From assembly GCF_018739865.1 (NCBI RefSeq), contig NZ_JADOER010000001.1, forward strand, positions 61,899 through 93,898: 32,000 bases of DNA. The letters are read 5' to 3'. Below are positions 16,895 to 25,874 of this stretch, in pieces. This DNA comes from Leptothoe kymatousa TAU-MAC 1615. GTDB taxonomy: Bacteria > Cyanobacteriota > Cyanobacteriia > Phormidesmidales > Phormidesmidaceae. The notes under the pieces are model-generated. The model saw only the letters and a list, made by a program, of their open reading frames with translations, had not been told where the DNA came from and did not search any database. Each line of letters starts with the position of its first letter. Position 1 is the stretch's first letter. The position numbers were made by a program, and so were the translations under genes.

Positions 16895-19800
16895 ATGCTG
16901 ACCTCTACTCCTATCGTTGATGTCACAACCCAACCAACATCGGTAGCCCTTCCAAACCAAACAACAACCCAACATACCGTTATCCTCGATTCACAAATTG
17001 AGGACCTAAACCTACTGCTGGATGGTTTACGAGCAGATGTCACAGCCCATGTGCTCACAGCCCATGAGGATGGATTACAGCAAATCACTGCGTTTCTAAC
17101 GCAACATCCCACACAGCACCTAACCCTCCTGGCCCATGGCTTCCCCGGTGGTATGCGCCTGGGGGCAACCACCGTAGACATTAACCACTTAGACACTCAC
17201 ACTCCGCAGCTGCAGCAGTGGTTTGCCCCCACCGCCCCGGCAAAACTAACTCTAATGGCTTGTAATGTGGCCCAAGGGGATGCGGGGCAGGCGTTTATTC
17301 AACAACTTGCGACCGTTACCGCCGCTGATGTTACGGCCAGCGTCAATGTTTTGGGTAATGGCGTTTGGCTACCCGCTGCTAAGGCGTTGTTTACGCCGGC
17401 AACCCTGGCGGCCTACCGTGGCACCCTGCAATGGTCAACTGTGGGTGCCGGGGCCATTGCCCCCCAGATTGACAACGACTTTGACATTGAAATAGACAGC
17501 CAGGGTACGCCCTATATTATTTTCCAGGATGATGCCAATGGCGTGACGGTGAAACGGTTCGATGGCCTCAATTGGGTGGATGTGGGGGTGCCCGGTTTTC
17601 CGGAGGGCAATGCTAGCTTTGTCGGCCTAGAATTTGGCCTGAATGATACCCCCTATGTGGTCTTTAAGGATGATGCCAATAACAGCCGGGCCACGGTGAT
17701 GCAGTTTAATGGCACCGACTGGGCCTATGTGGGTGATCCTGGCTTTTCGCCGGGAGGGTTTAAGGACATTAACATGAAGTTCTACGGTGATGCGCCCTAT
17801 GTGGTGTTCACCGATAGAACCCAAAATTCCCGGGCCACGGTGATGGTCTTTGATGGCCTCAGTTGGGAAACGGTGGGCAACCCTGGCTTTTCCACTGGGG
17901 CGGTGGCCGCCTCTGATATCAACATTGATGGCAACGGTGTGCCCTATGTGGCCTATGTGTCTGGGGAAGAGGGCTTCGAACAGGTCTCTGTGCAGCGATT
18001 TATCAATGGCCAGTGGAGCTTTGTTGGCGCGGAAGGATTTTCGGTGGGGGCGGAGGCTGCCAGACCGGATATTGAGTTTGATAATAACAATGTGCCCTAC
18101 CTTGTTTACCGGGCTCGGGGCAACGGCGAAGGCAATAAGGCCATTGTGCAATCGTTTAATGGCACCGACTGGATCAAAGTGGGCAGCAATGATGCGTCCA
18201 TTGCCGGTGGTTTCCACCCCGATCTGGAGTTTGACCAGAACAATGTTCTCAATCTGGCGATTGTGGACCAGGCTCTGAAAGATAAGGTCTCGGTGCGCAT
18301 CCTGAATCCAGATAATACCTGGGGCTATTTGGATGATAGTGGTTTCTCGTTGGGGCCAACAAACTTCCCAGACCTGGAGTTTGATAGCAACAACCTGCCC
18401 TATGTGCTCTATCGTGAGACGTTTGACGCCAATGGGGATGTTGCATCCAGCGCCGTGGTAAAACGTTTGGGCGAACCCGCTACGGTGGTGGATAATATCG
18501 CCCCTGTGTTGGCCAGTGTGAGTCGCAAAACTCCCCTTGGGGCGACGGTCCCTAGTGGCACTGTGGTGTTTGAGGCGCTCTTTAGTGAGGCGGTGGCCAA
18601 TGTTGGCCCAGAAGATTTTGTGATTAATGGGTTGCCCACGGCCACCATTGATGCGGTAACGACGACAGACAGCACTCGCTATGACATTGCGGTGACGGCC
18701 ACTGGCGCAGCCGGTAGCGTTTTTGGGCTAGATTTAGCTACGGTGTCTGACATTGTGGATATTGCGGGCAATGGGTTAACCCTGGCAGAGCCCACTGTGG
18801 ATGAGGCATATACCCTTGCGGGACCTTTGGTGGCCCCTGTGCTATCCAGCATCCGTCGCAAAACGCCCGTTGAGGCTGCGGTTACTGGTAATAGCACCCT
18901 GGTATTTGAGGCCACCTTTAGTGAGGGGGTGGTCAACGTTGGCCCAGAAGATTTTGTGATTAATGGGTTGCCCACGGCCACCATTGCCGGGGTAACGGCT
19001 GTGGACGCCACTCGCTATGACATTGCGGTGACGGCCAATGTGGGGGATGCCGCCAGTGGCACGGTTGGTTTAGATTTGGCCGCAGTTTCGGATATTGTCA
19101 ACGCTGCGGGGACGGCCTTAACGCTGGTCGAGCCGACGGTGGATCAGGCGTATACCGTTACGGCCCCAGGGACTGTGGCCCCAGCGCCTCCGGCCACCCC
19201 TGTGGTTGAGCCTCCTACCCCCCCCGTTGTATTGCCTGAGGTGGTAACGCCCGTTGCACCTGGTGCGCTGACGATTTTACCCAGTGTGAATCGGGTGGAA
19301 GTGACATCTCTAGGCACCGATAATACGCTGCAGCTAACATTTCGAGGGGGGCAGGTGACGAATGTCCCCGACATTCTGGTCTTTGATGAGGCGGATGCGC
19401 TGATTGGCCAGTTTTCCTTGCTGGATTCTGATGACCTAGCTGCGGGGTATACGTCTCGGTTTACCATCAGTAGCAATGCCATTAGTGTTGGTCAGAGTTT
19501 GCAGTTTGCGATTCAGGATGGGGAGACGACCTGGTTTGCAGACCCCGCAAGGCTATCCGACTCTGAAGCTCTGTTGAGGTTTGGCAATGGGTTTAGCTTT
19601 AATGTGGGATTGGCGACCGAAACGGGTAGTACGAACCTATTGGTAAATGATGCGGAGTCTATTGACCTGACGGGGCAGGCGTCTGGCACCATCAGTTTCT
19701 CGGTGTATCGAGAGGCGGCGATGGATAATACGGTGGATTTGTATACAACTGATTTTGCCGATGGTGGCATTGTTGATGCGTTCACTGGGCGCACCTTGAT

Positions 19801-20107
19801 GCCCGGTGATGCTGGCTATAGGGCAGCGGCCATTTCTAATCGGTTAAATCTCAACCTATCGGGCACCAACGGTCAGGTTAATACGGTGGATGCGGCGGTT
19901 ACCGGCGGCATGCATCTCGGCATTTTTGTGGTGATCGATGGCATAGACCCTGCCGTTGGCGAGGTTGTGTTTAGCCACAGTGGAGCCAATGCCAATGGGG
20001 CGGACCACATTAAACACCTGGGCGACAATTCTTTTGGCATTGAAGATCAGGCTGGGTTGGGCGATAAAGACTTTGACGATATTGTTTTACAGTTTTCTGT
20101 TGCCTAG
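16895..20107 (+). CDS. Large multidomain protein: DUF4347-like N-terminus, seven ~50-aa propeller-like repeats, two Ig-like repeats, Pro-rich linker, DUF4114-like C-terminus
   Basis: The N-terminus 'VILDSQIEDL...LTLLAHGFPGGMRLG...LTLMACNVAQGDAGQAFIQQLA' has a DUF4347-like pattern. Seven repeats follow the form 'D(I/L)EFDxxxxPYVxY...xATVxxFNGTDWxxVGxPGFS' (aa ~190-528). Two ~112-aa repeats ('RKTP...VFEA.FSE.V.NVGPEDFVINGLPTATI...RYDIAVTA') share a 49-nt identical block. The C-terminal 'FGIEDQAGLGDKDFDDIVLQF' is DUF4114-like. There is no signal peptide. Confidence 0.8.
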   Translation: MLTSTPIVDVTTQPTSVALPNQTTTQHTVILDSQIEDLNLLLDGLRADVTAHVLTAHEDGLQQITAFLTQHPTQHLTLLAHGFPGGMRLGATTVDINHLDTHTPQLQQWFAPTAPAKLTLMACNVAQGDAGQAFIQQLATVTAADVTASVNVLGNGVWLPAAKALFTPATLAAYRGTLQWSTVGAGAIAPQIDNDFDIEIDSQGTPYIIFQDDANGVTVKRFDGLNWVDVGVPGFPEGNASFVGLEFGLNDTPYVVFKDDANNSRATVMQFNGTDWAYVGDPGFSPGGFKDINMKFYGDAPYVVFTDRTQNSRATVMVFDGLSWETVGNPGFSTGAVAASDINIDGNGVPYVAYVSGEEGFEQVSVQRFINGQWSFVGAEGFSVGAEAARPDIEFDNNNVPYLVYRARGNGEGNKAIVQSFNGTDWIKVGSNDASIAGGFHPDLEFDQNNVLNLAIVDQALKDKVSVRILNPDNTWGYLDDSGFSLGPTNFPDLEFDSNNLPYVLYRETFDANGDVASSAVVKRLGEPATVVDNIAPVLASVSRKTPLGATVPSGTVVFEALFSEAVANVGPEDFVINGLPTATIDAVTTTDSTRYDIAVTATGAAGSVFGLDLATVSDIVDIAGNGLTLAEPTVDEAYTLAGPLVAPVLSSIRRKTPVEAAVTGNSTLVFEATFSEGVVNVGPEDFVINGLPTATIAGVTAVDATRYDIAVTANVGDAASGTVGLDLAAVSDIVNAAGTALTLVEPTVDQAYTVTAPGTVAPAPPATPVVEPPTPPVVLPEVVTPVAPGALTILPSVNRVEVTSLGTDNTLQLTFRGGQVTNVPDILVFDEADALIGQFSLLDSDDLAAGYTSRFTISSNAISVGQSLQFAIQDGETTWFADPARLSDSEALLRFGNGFSFNVGLATETGSTNLLVNDAESIDLTGQASGTISFSVYREAAMDNTVDLYTTDFADGGIVDAFTGRTLMPGDAGYRAAAISNRLNLNLSGTNGQVNTVDAAVTGGMHLGIFVVIDGIDPAVGEVVFSHSGANANGADHIKHLGDNSFGIEDQAGLGDKDFDDIVLQFSVA

Positions 20108-20164
20108 GGGCCCCCTGAATCGATAAATATTCTATAGATAAGAACAAACGCAATTAAGCACTTG

Positions 20165-20210
20165 CACGTCGAGCAATGGACCATCCATTGCTCGACGTGT
20201 TTTAAAGTTT
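20165..20210 (+). terminator. Strong rho-independent terminator after the 1070-aa gene
   Basis: A perfect 15-bp stem CACGTCGAGCAATGG / CCATTGCTCGACGTG closes a 5-nt loop and is followed by TTTTAAAGTTTT. Confidence 0.8.
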
Positions 20211-20871
20211 TGGTGATACGGATTGGGTGGTGCTTAAACGTGGGGCTACCGAGTAAAAATACCCATGGCTTTGAGACCCTGGTAGGACGACTTCATTGCC
20301 TAACTAATGTTGATAGGTCTTTATACGCAGGGGCCAAAAGCCTTGCACTACAAAGAGTCATGAAACTGTAACAAAAAAGTTAACTATTCCGGAGAAGTCT
20401 GGAAGTGTACGAAGAGTAGAACGAGCAGAAAGTCTTATAGACAAGACTGCATCGAATAGCATTTATCACCTTGGGGTCAGATTATCTGACTACCTGAAAA
20501 TCGATCACTTCAGACATCAGCCCCCTGTCTGCCCGATAAATTCACCTCTGATCTAAAGATACCCTTTTCTGGGTCTTGCAAAATGCTTTTATAAGTCTTC
20601 CTGGGAGAAAACTTCTGGGGTATATAATCCAGCAGCTTTGTCTATGCTTTCTGCCGACTGTGTTGTCGTAGCTCGGTTTATAGCAACTTGTCATGAAACA
20701 ACAACGATTTTGGCACGCTAAGCGTCGTTGCCATCTCTATCTAGCCGTTTCCAATTCCCCCGGTATGTTTATGTTTATGGGTAAACCTTGGTCCTCCAAA
20801 GCATTGCAGGCCCTTGGTTTTGTTCAAGAACCTAACGAACAGAAACTTCAACAACCTAAGCTTGCTTTTGG

Positions 20872-20900
20872 CGATCCCTCTCGATTCCAGGGATCGTTTT
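20872..20900 (+). terminator. Terminator-like hairpin with no annotated gene upstream (possible 3' end of an unannotated transcript)
   Basis: An 8-bp stem CGATCCCT/AGGGATCG closes a 9-nt loop and is followed by TTTTG. It lies in a gene-less region. Confidence 0.35.
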
Positions 20901-20982
20901 GCAAGACCCAGGGGAAGGGATCTTCTCCTACCTGGGGTGCCCGAGGTGGCTCCGGTGGTAAGGTCACTCGATCGCCTAAAAG

Positions 20983-21087
20983 TTAAGGGTTTGTTAAAAA
21001 ATAAAAACATGGCTTTGTTCCTTGAAACCTTGGCGTAACAAGCCTTTCGGGACTAAACCGTGAAGCAGTTGCTTAACAACTCCTAAG
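20983..21087 (+). repeat. Dispersed ~105-bp repeat, copy C
   Basis: The sequence 'ttaagggtttgttaaaaaataaaaacatggctttgttccttgaaaccttggcgtaacaagcctttcgggactaaaccgtgaagcagttgcttaacaactcctaag' aligns with copy B in the same orientation. Confidence 0.8.
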
Positions 21088-21109
21088 TTAAGAGTTGCAA
21101 AGAGTGATG

Positions 21110-21144
21110 GTTAAGATCTGAGCTCTCTTCTGCCAGATCTTAAC
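21110..21144. other. Perfect 11-bp-stem hairpin in non-coding DNA
   Basis: GTTAAGATCTG - 13-nt loop - CAGATCTTAAC. No T-tract follows on either strand. Confidence 0.6.
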
Positions 21145-21237
21145 TATGCTCGCTAGGCGAAGCAGCGTGGCTATTGGTCAGGCTCGGGCAAAGGGGCTTT
21201 AGTCCCTAGTTTTGTCGAACAGACCATATGGCTTAAA

Positions 21238-21277
21238 AGCCCCCTGTCGTTACCCAATTGGGTAACGACAGGGGGCT
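21238..21277. other. 40-nt perfect palindrome (18-bp arms around AATT) about 230 bp upstream of por
   Basis: The sequence is AGCCCCCTGTCGTTACCC-AATT-GGGTAACGACAGGGGGCT. On the minus strand it is followed by TTTTAAGCC. Confidence 0.7.
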
Positions 21278-21487
21278 AATTAATGGCTGGCTGGAATCTG
21301 TCAAAGCCCCAGTTGTTCGGTTTGGGGTTTGGGCTCTGGAGCTTCAGCAATGGACGGATGTAATATTGCGTTACTTAACCCCGCAATCCATAACATTGCC
21401 CCACATTGCTTAAGGTTTATTTCGGATAACCGTTACGGTTCAACCGTGTGAGAATCTAGTGTATTCACGGATTCATACCAATTTTAG

Positions 21488-22468
<981 letters not shown>

Positions 22469-22500
22469 GGCTTGAACGCCTCATAGGGTATACGGTCGGT

Positions 22501-22534
22501 CCCGTAGGGGCATTGCACGCAATGCCCCTACGGG
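22501..22534 (+). terminator. G/C-rich hairpin downstream of por (probable terminator; typical cyanobacterial 'GTAGGGGC...GCCCCTAC' hairpin)
   Basis: CCCGTAGGGGCATTGC-AC-GCAATGCCCCTACGGG gives a ~14-bp effective stem. It is followed by the weak T-tract TGGTTT. Confidence 0.5.
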
Positions 22535-22647
22535 TGGTTTCCATCTATAAACAGATTCCAAAAAATCAACGTTTCTGTAGATAACTTCGGTACTATGGCC
22601 TGCGGACCACTGTGGTCTAGTACCCACATTTATTGCAGGTTATCTCC

Positions 22648-23520
22648 ATGGCGCAAGCAGACATCGGTATTATCGGCGGCAGCGGTCTCTATAGGATGGA
22701 TGCCCTCACTGATATTGAAGAGGTCACCGTTGAAACACCGTTTGGTGAGCCTTCCGATGCGTTTATTTGCGGCAAGCTAGATGGTACTCCGGTGGTCTTT
22801 TTGGCGCGTCATGGTCGGGGGCATCGTTTGTTGCCGACGGAGCTGCCGTTTCAGGCCAACATTTACGGCATGAAGAGCCTCGGGGTGAAGTATTTGATTT
22901 CGGCATCGGCGGTGGGCTCTCTCAAGGAAGAGGTAAAGCCAGTGGACATGGTGATCCCCGATCAGTTTATTGACCGGACTAAAAATCGGACAGCCACGTT
23001 TTTTGGTGAAGGCATTGTGGCCCATATTGCCTTTGGCGATCCGGTGTGTAAAAACTTGGCGACAGTTTTGGGCGATGCCGTGGAAAGCTTGAACCTGGAG
23101 GGTGTAACCCTACACCGGGGGGGCACCTATGTGTGTATGGAAGGGCCGGCATTTTCCACTAAGGCGGAGTCGCATTTGTATCGTAGCTGGGGGGCCACGG
23201 TCATTGGGATGACTAATTTGACTGAGGCAAAACTGGCGCGCGAAGCGGAAATTGCCTATGCCACCTTGGCCATGGCCACTGATTATGATTGTTGGCACCC
23301 GGACCACGATAGTGTGACGGTGGAGATGGTGATTGGGAATTTACAAAAGAATGCGGTTAATGCCCAGCGGGTGATTCAAGATGTGGTTTGTCGTTTGACG
23401 GAGAACCCCCCTGAATCTGAGGCCCATTCGGCGTTGAAATATGCGGTGTTTACCCCTCTGGATACGGCGCCTGTGGCAACGAAAAATAAGCTTAAGCTTA
23501 TTTTGGAAAAGTATATGTAG
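22648..23520 (+). CDS. mtnP: S-methyl-5'-thioadenosine phosphorylase
   Basis: Supporting motifs are '[10 protein letters not shown]', '[11 protein letters not shown]', '[11 protein letters not shown]', '[10 protein letters not shown]' and '[18 protein letters not shown]'. The ATG at 22648 is preferred to the TTG at 22633. Confidence 0.9.
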   Translation: MAQADIGIIGGSGLYRMDALTDIEEVTVETPFGEPSDAFICGKLDGTPVVFLARHGRGHRLLPTELPFQANIYGMKSLGVKYLISASAVGSLKEEVKPVDMVIPDQFIDRTKNRTATFFGEGIVAHIAFGDPVCKNLATVLGDAVESLNLEGVTLHRGGTYVCMEGPAFSTKAESHLYRSWGATVIGMTNLTEAKLAREAEIAYATLAMATDYDCWHPDHDSVTVEMVIGNLQKNAVNAQRVIQDVVCRLTENPPESEAHSALKYAVFTPLDTAPVATKNKLKLILEKYM

Positions 23521-23521
23521 G

Positions 23522-23556
23522 CCCTGGCCAGGATGTCCGCATGGCAGGGTGGTTTT
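23522..23556 (+). terminator. Terminator-like hairpin after mtnP
   Basis: The stem CCCTG(G)CCA / TGGCAGGG has one bulge and an 11-nt loop. It is followed by TGGTTTTGGG. Confidence 0.45.
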
Positions 23557-23656
23557 GGGCTGCATGTTGTAGCAATTTGCTGAATAGCGCTGTACCTGTA
23601 GGGTGAACTGTGGGCGCAAGGCTATATTTAATGTTGGAGACGCTTCTAAACAGCTT

Positions 23657-24244
23657 ATGACCGGTGAACTTGGTTATTCCTTACCCCCCGCTATCCGTCG
23701 CATTGCGAATAACTTTCGCCTGGTTGGCTGGGTGAGCTTTTGGGTGCAGATCGTCAGTGGCGTCATTGCTACGCTGCTGTTTGTCACATCATTGCTGGGG
23801 CTGCAGTCTGTTTCGAGCCGTAGCGGTGCCGAAAATGCAGCGGCAGGAAGTGGTTTTCTGTTGGCGGCGCTGGGTTTGGCGGCCGTATATGTGGGTGTGT
23901 TTTGGGCGTTTCAATATACTCGGTTTGCCCGCAAACTTAAGTCTAGTAATCCGGACCTGCGACCTAAGCCGAAAAATGCGGCAAAAATCGTTGCCACTGG
24001 TTTAACGATTAGTGTGCTGGGGATGTTTTTTGGCCTATTGGGCTCTGGAGGCGTGGTGGGGTCACTGATGCTGAAGGTGATTTCCCAACCCCAAAGTGGC
24101 AATATTGCTGTGGTTAATCCCACTTTGGCTGTGGAGCCGTTGGATGTGTTTCTGGTGCAGGCAACCATCAACACGTTGATTTCTCACTTTGCTGGCATTG
24201 TGGGGTCGCTGTGGTTGTCGCGGACGATTAATAAGCAGTCCTAA
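23657..24244 (+). CDS. Four-TM membrane protein, DUF3611-like (conserved cyanobacterial/plastid-lineage family)
   Basis: Starting from the ATG at 23657, the protein reads 'MTGELGYSLPPAIRRIANNFRLVGWVSFWVQIV' followed by four hydrophobic segments. The family assignment is from memory of the N-terminal pattern, not from a search. Confidence 0.6.
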   Translation: MTGELGYSLPPAIRRIANNFRLVGWVSFWVQIVSGVIATLLFVTSLLGLQSVSSRSGAENAAAGSGFLLAALGLAAVYVGVFWAFQYTRFARKLKSSNPDLRPKPKNAAKIVATGLTISVLGMFFGLLGSGGVVGSLMLKVISQPQSGNIAVVNPTLAVEPLDVFLVQATINTLISHFAGIVGSLWLSRTINKQS

Positions 24245-24276
24245 GGTGGGGGAGGGGTTAGTGAAGGTGAGAAATA

Positions 24277-24297
24277 AGGAATTAGGAATTAGGAATT
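24277..24297 (+). repeat. Short tandem heptamer repeat (AGGAATT x3)
   Basis: The sequence is 'aggaattaggaattaggaatt'. It belongs to the STRR-type heptamer class common in cyanobacterial intergenic DNA. Confidence 0.9.
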
Positions 24298-24643
24298 AAG
24301 TGGGTTGACCCAATTAGCTATCAGATGTCGAGGCCCCTTCTGTCCTCCAATTTTGGGGGGGACTAGATCCAAAGCCCTAAAAAAAATGGGGGGTTGGGGC
24401 AAAGGACGCGAAGTCCAAATGCCTGTGCGTATCTTAATAAAAGATTGATTCACCTACTTGGTAAGGGGGTTTTTCTGTCTCCTTTAATTAATAATTGTGG
24501 TCGGGAACGGGGTTGAACCGATGTGTAGCATCCCTTGAAGGGCTGTTGCTGCCATTGACCAGTATTCTGGTTGGCACGTCCAGGCGTTGCTTTTTGTGGA
24601 GCTTCGCTAGGGTGGACATAGCCCATTTCTGGGAGATGAGACC

Positions 24644-24784
24644 ATGAAAAAAGGAGTTTGTGACCGAGTCTGGTTACTCTATCTACAAGGACGCCTATCC
24701 CCGGTACAGCTGTTGGCATTGTGTAAGCTATCTGCAGTGAATAGCCAGGCAAACAATGACCATCAATCATCTACTGCTGCATAG
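24644..24784 (+). CDS. Candidate small ORF (46 aa), not in the supplied ORF track
   Basis: The ATG at 24644 is preceded by GGGAGA (24631-24636). It translates to MKKGVCDRVWLLYLQGRLSPVQLLALCKLSAVNSQANNDHQSSTAA. I recognise no family. Confidence 0.25.
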   Translation: MKKGVCDRVWLLYLQGRLSPVQLLALCKLSAVNSQANNDHQSSTAA

Positions 24785-24913
24785 TTTTTTGGGTGCTGAG
24801 CCGGGCCAGGATTTTACGGGCCACCATCGGTCGGTTTATCCCCTAGCTCAGCAACGGCATTTTGTGCTTACGATCTTTCCCAGCTGGCTGCTGCTCGCCG
24901 CGTAGTGCAGCCC

Positions 24914-25765
24914 ATGGAACAATCTTTGACAGATCGTATCCCAGCGCCGACGCTGGTAATTTTGGCGGGTTTAACGGTGCAGCTGGGGTCGGCCCTGGCA
25001 AAGTCTGTTTTTGTTTTGGCGGGCCCCCTGGGCACTGTGTTTCTGCGGGTGGCCCTGTCGGCGGTGCTGTTGACCCTGATCTGGCGGCCGCGCTGGCAGC
25101 CAATTCGGTCCCACTGGCCCCTGGTGCTGGCCTATGGGGCGGTGCTGGCGGTCATGAATACTTGCTTTTATTTGGCCATTGATCGGATTCCCCTGGGTAT
25201 TGCGGTGGCCATTGAGTTTACGGGACCCTTGGGGCTGGCGGTGCTGAAGTCGCGGCGCTGGCTAGATTTGGTGTGGGTCACCCTGGCGGCGGTGGGGGTG
25301 CTGTTGCTAGCACCCTTGCAGGGCAGTGGTTTAGACCCGCTGGGGTTGATGTTTGCAGCGCTGGCGGCGCTGGCCTGGGCTGGATATATTGTGCTGGCGG
25401 CGGCGGCGGGCCAGGTGATACCAGGCCTTGAGGGACTGGTGTGGGCGATGATTTTTGGTGGCTTGTTGTTAATGCCCGTGGGTATCGGTGTGGCGGGGGC
25501 TTCGTTATTCAATGGGCAATTGTTGCTGATGTCTGTGGCGGTGGCGACCCTATCGTCGGTTACCTATGCCTTGGAGCTGATGGCGTTGCGACGGCTGCCG
25601 GTGAATGTGTTTGGGGTGTTGCTGAGTGTGGAACCGATGCTGGCGGCAACCTCTGGCTTTTTTGTGTTGGGGGAAACGTTGACGCTGCGATCGCTAATGG
25701 CCATTGTCTTAATTTCCATCGCAGCGGCTGGGGCCGCCCGCTATGGCGTCTCAGCGGTTGAGTAA
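24914..25765 (+). CDS. EamA/DMT-family transporter, RhtA (threonine/homoserine exporter)-like
   Basis: The protein has ten hydrophobic segments. It resembles E. coli RhtA as I remember it in 'LAKSVF', 'RIPLGIAVAIEFTGPL', 'WAGYIV' and 'LSVEPMLAATSGFFVLGETLT'. The start is either the ATG at 24914 or the GTG at 24905. Confidence 0.82.
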   Translation: MEQSLTDRIPAPTLVILAGLTVQLGSALAKSVFVLAGPLGTVFLRVALSAVLLTLIWRPRWQPIRSHWPLVLAYGAVLAVMNTCFYLAIDRIPLGIAVAIEFTGPLGLAVLKSRRWLDLVWVTLAAVGVLLLAPLQGSGLDPLGLMFAALAALAWAGYIVLAAAAGQVIPGLEGLVWAMIFGGLLLMPVGIGVAGASLFNGQLLLMSVAVATLSSVTYALELMALRRLPVNVFGVLLSVEPMLAATSGFFVLGETLTLRSLMAIVLISIAAAGAARYGVSAVE

Positions 25766-25791
25766 GTCGGGTAAACCGCCTATATACAAAG

Positions 25792-25826
25792 GCAAAGGCC
25801 CGGGGAATAGCGCCCCGGGCCTTTGC
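25792..25826. terminator. Bidirectional terminator-like hairpin between convergent genes
   Basis: A 14-bp perfect stem GCAAAGGCCCGGGG / CCCCGGGCCTTTGC closes a 7-nt loop. It lies between the EamA stop (25765) and the NDP-sugar pyrophosphorylase stop (25875). There is no long T-tract. Confidence 0.55.
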
Positions 25827-25874
25827 AATCATGTCGATGGAGTTGTTGAACTAGCGTTCATTAAAACGCAGCGT

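Noticed and set aside
17627-18217. 196-aa minus-strand ORF, plus the other plus- and minus-strand ORFs nested in 16879-19794
   Set aside because: They are antisense or off-frame to the 1070-aa gene, whose repeat architecture clearly defines the real frame. No motifs are present.
20693-21038. Three mutually overlapping ORFs (97, 89 and 74 aa) in the por-upstream spacer
   Set aside because: They overlap each other on both strands and overlap repeat copy C and a terminator-like hairpin. Their composition is odd, with no RBS or family resemblance.
24600-24640. Possible guanidine-I (ykkC) riboswitch upstream of the EamA exporter ('gctagggt ... gggaga')
   Set aside because: Only two short fragments resemble the consensus. 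The conserved GGUCCGAGAG and ACACGGCGGGA elements are absent.
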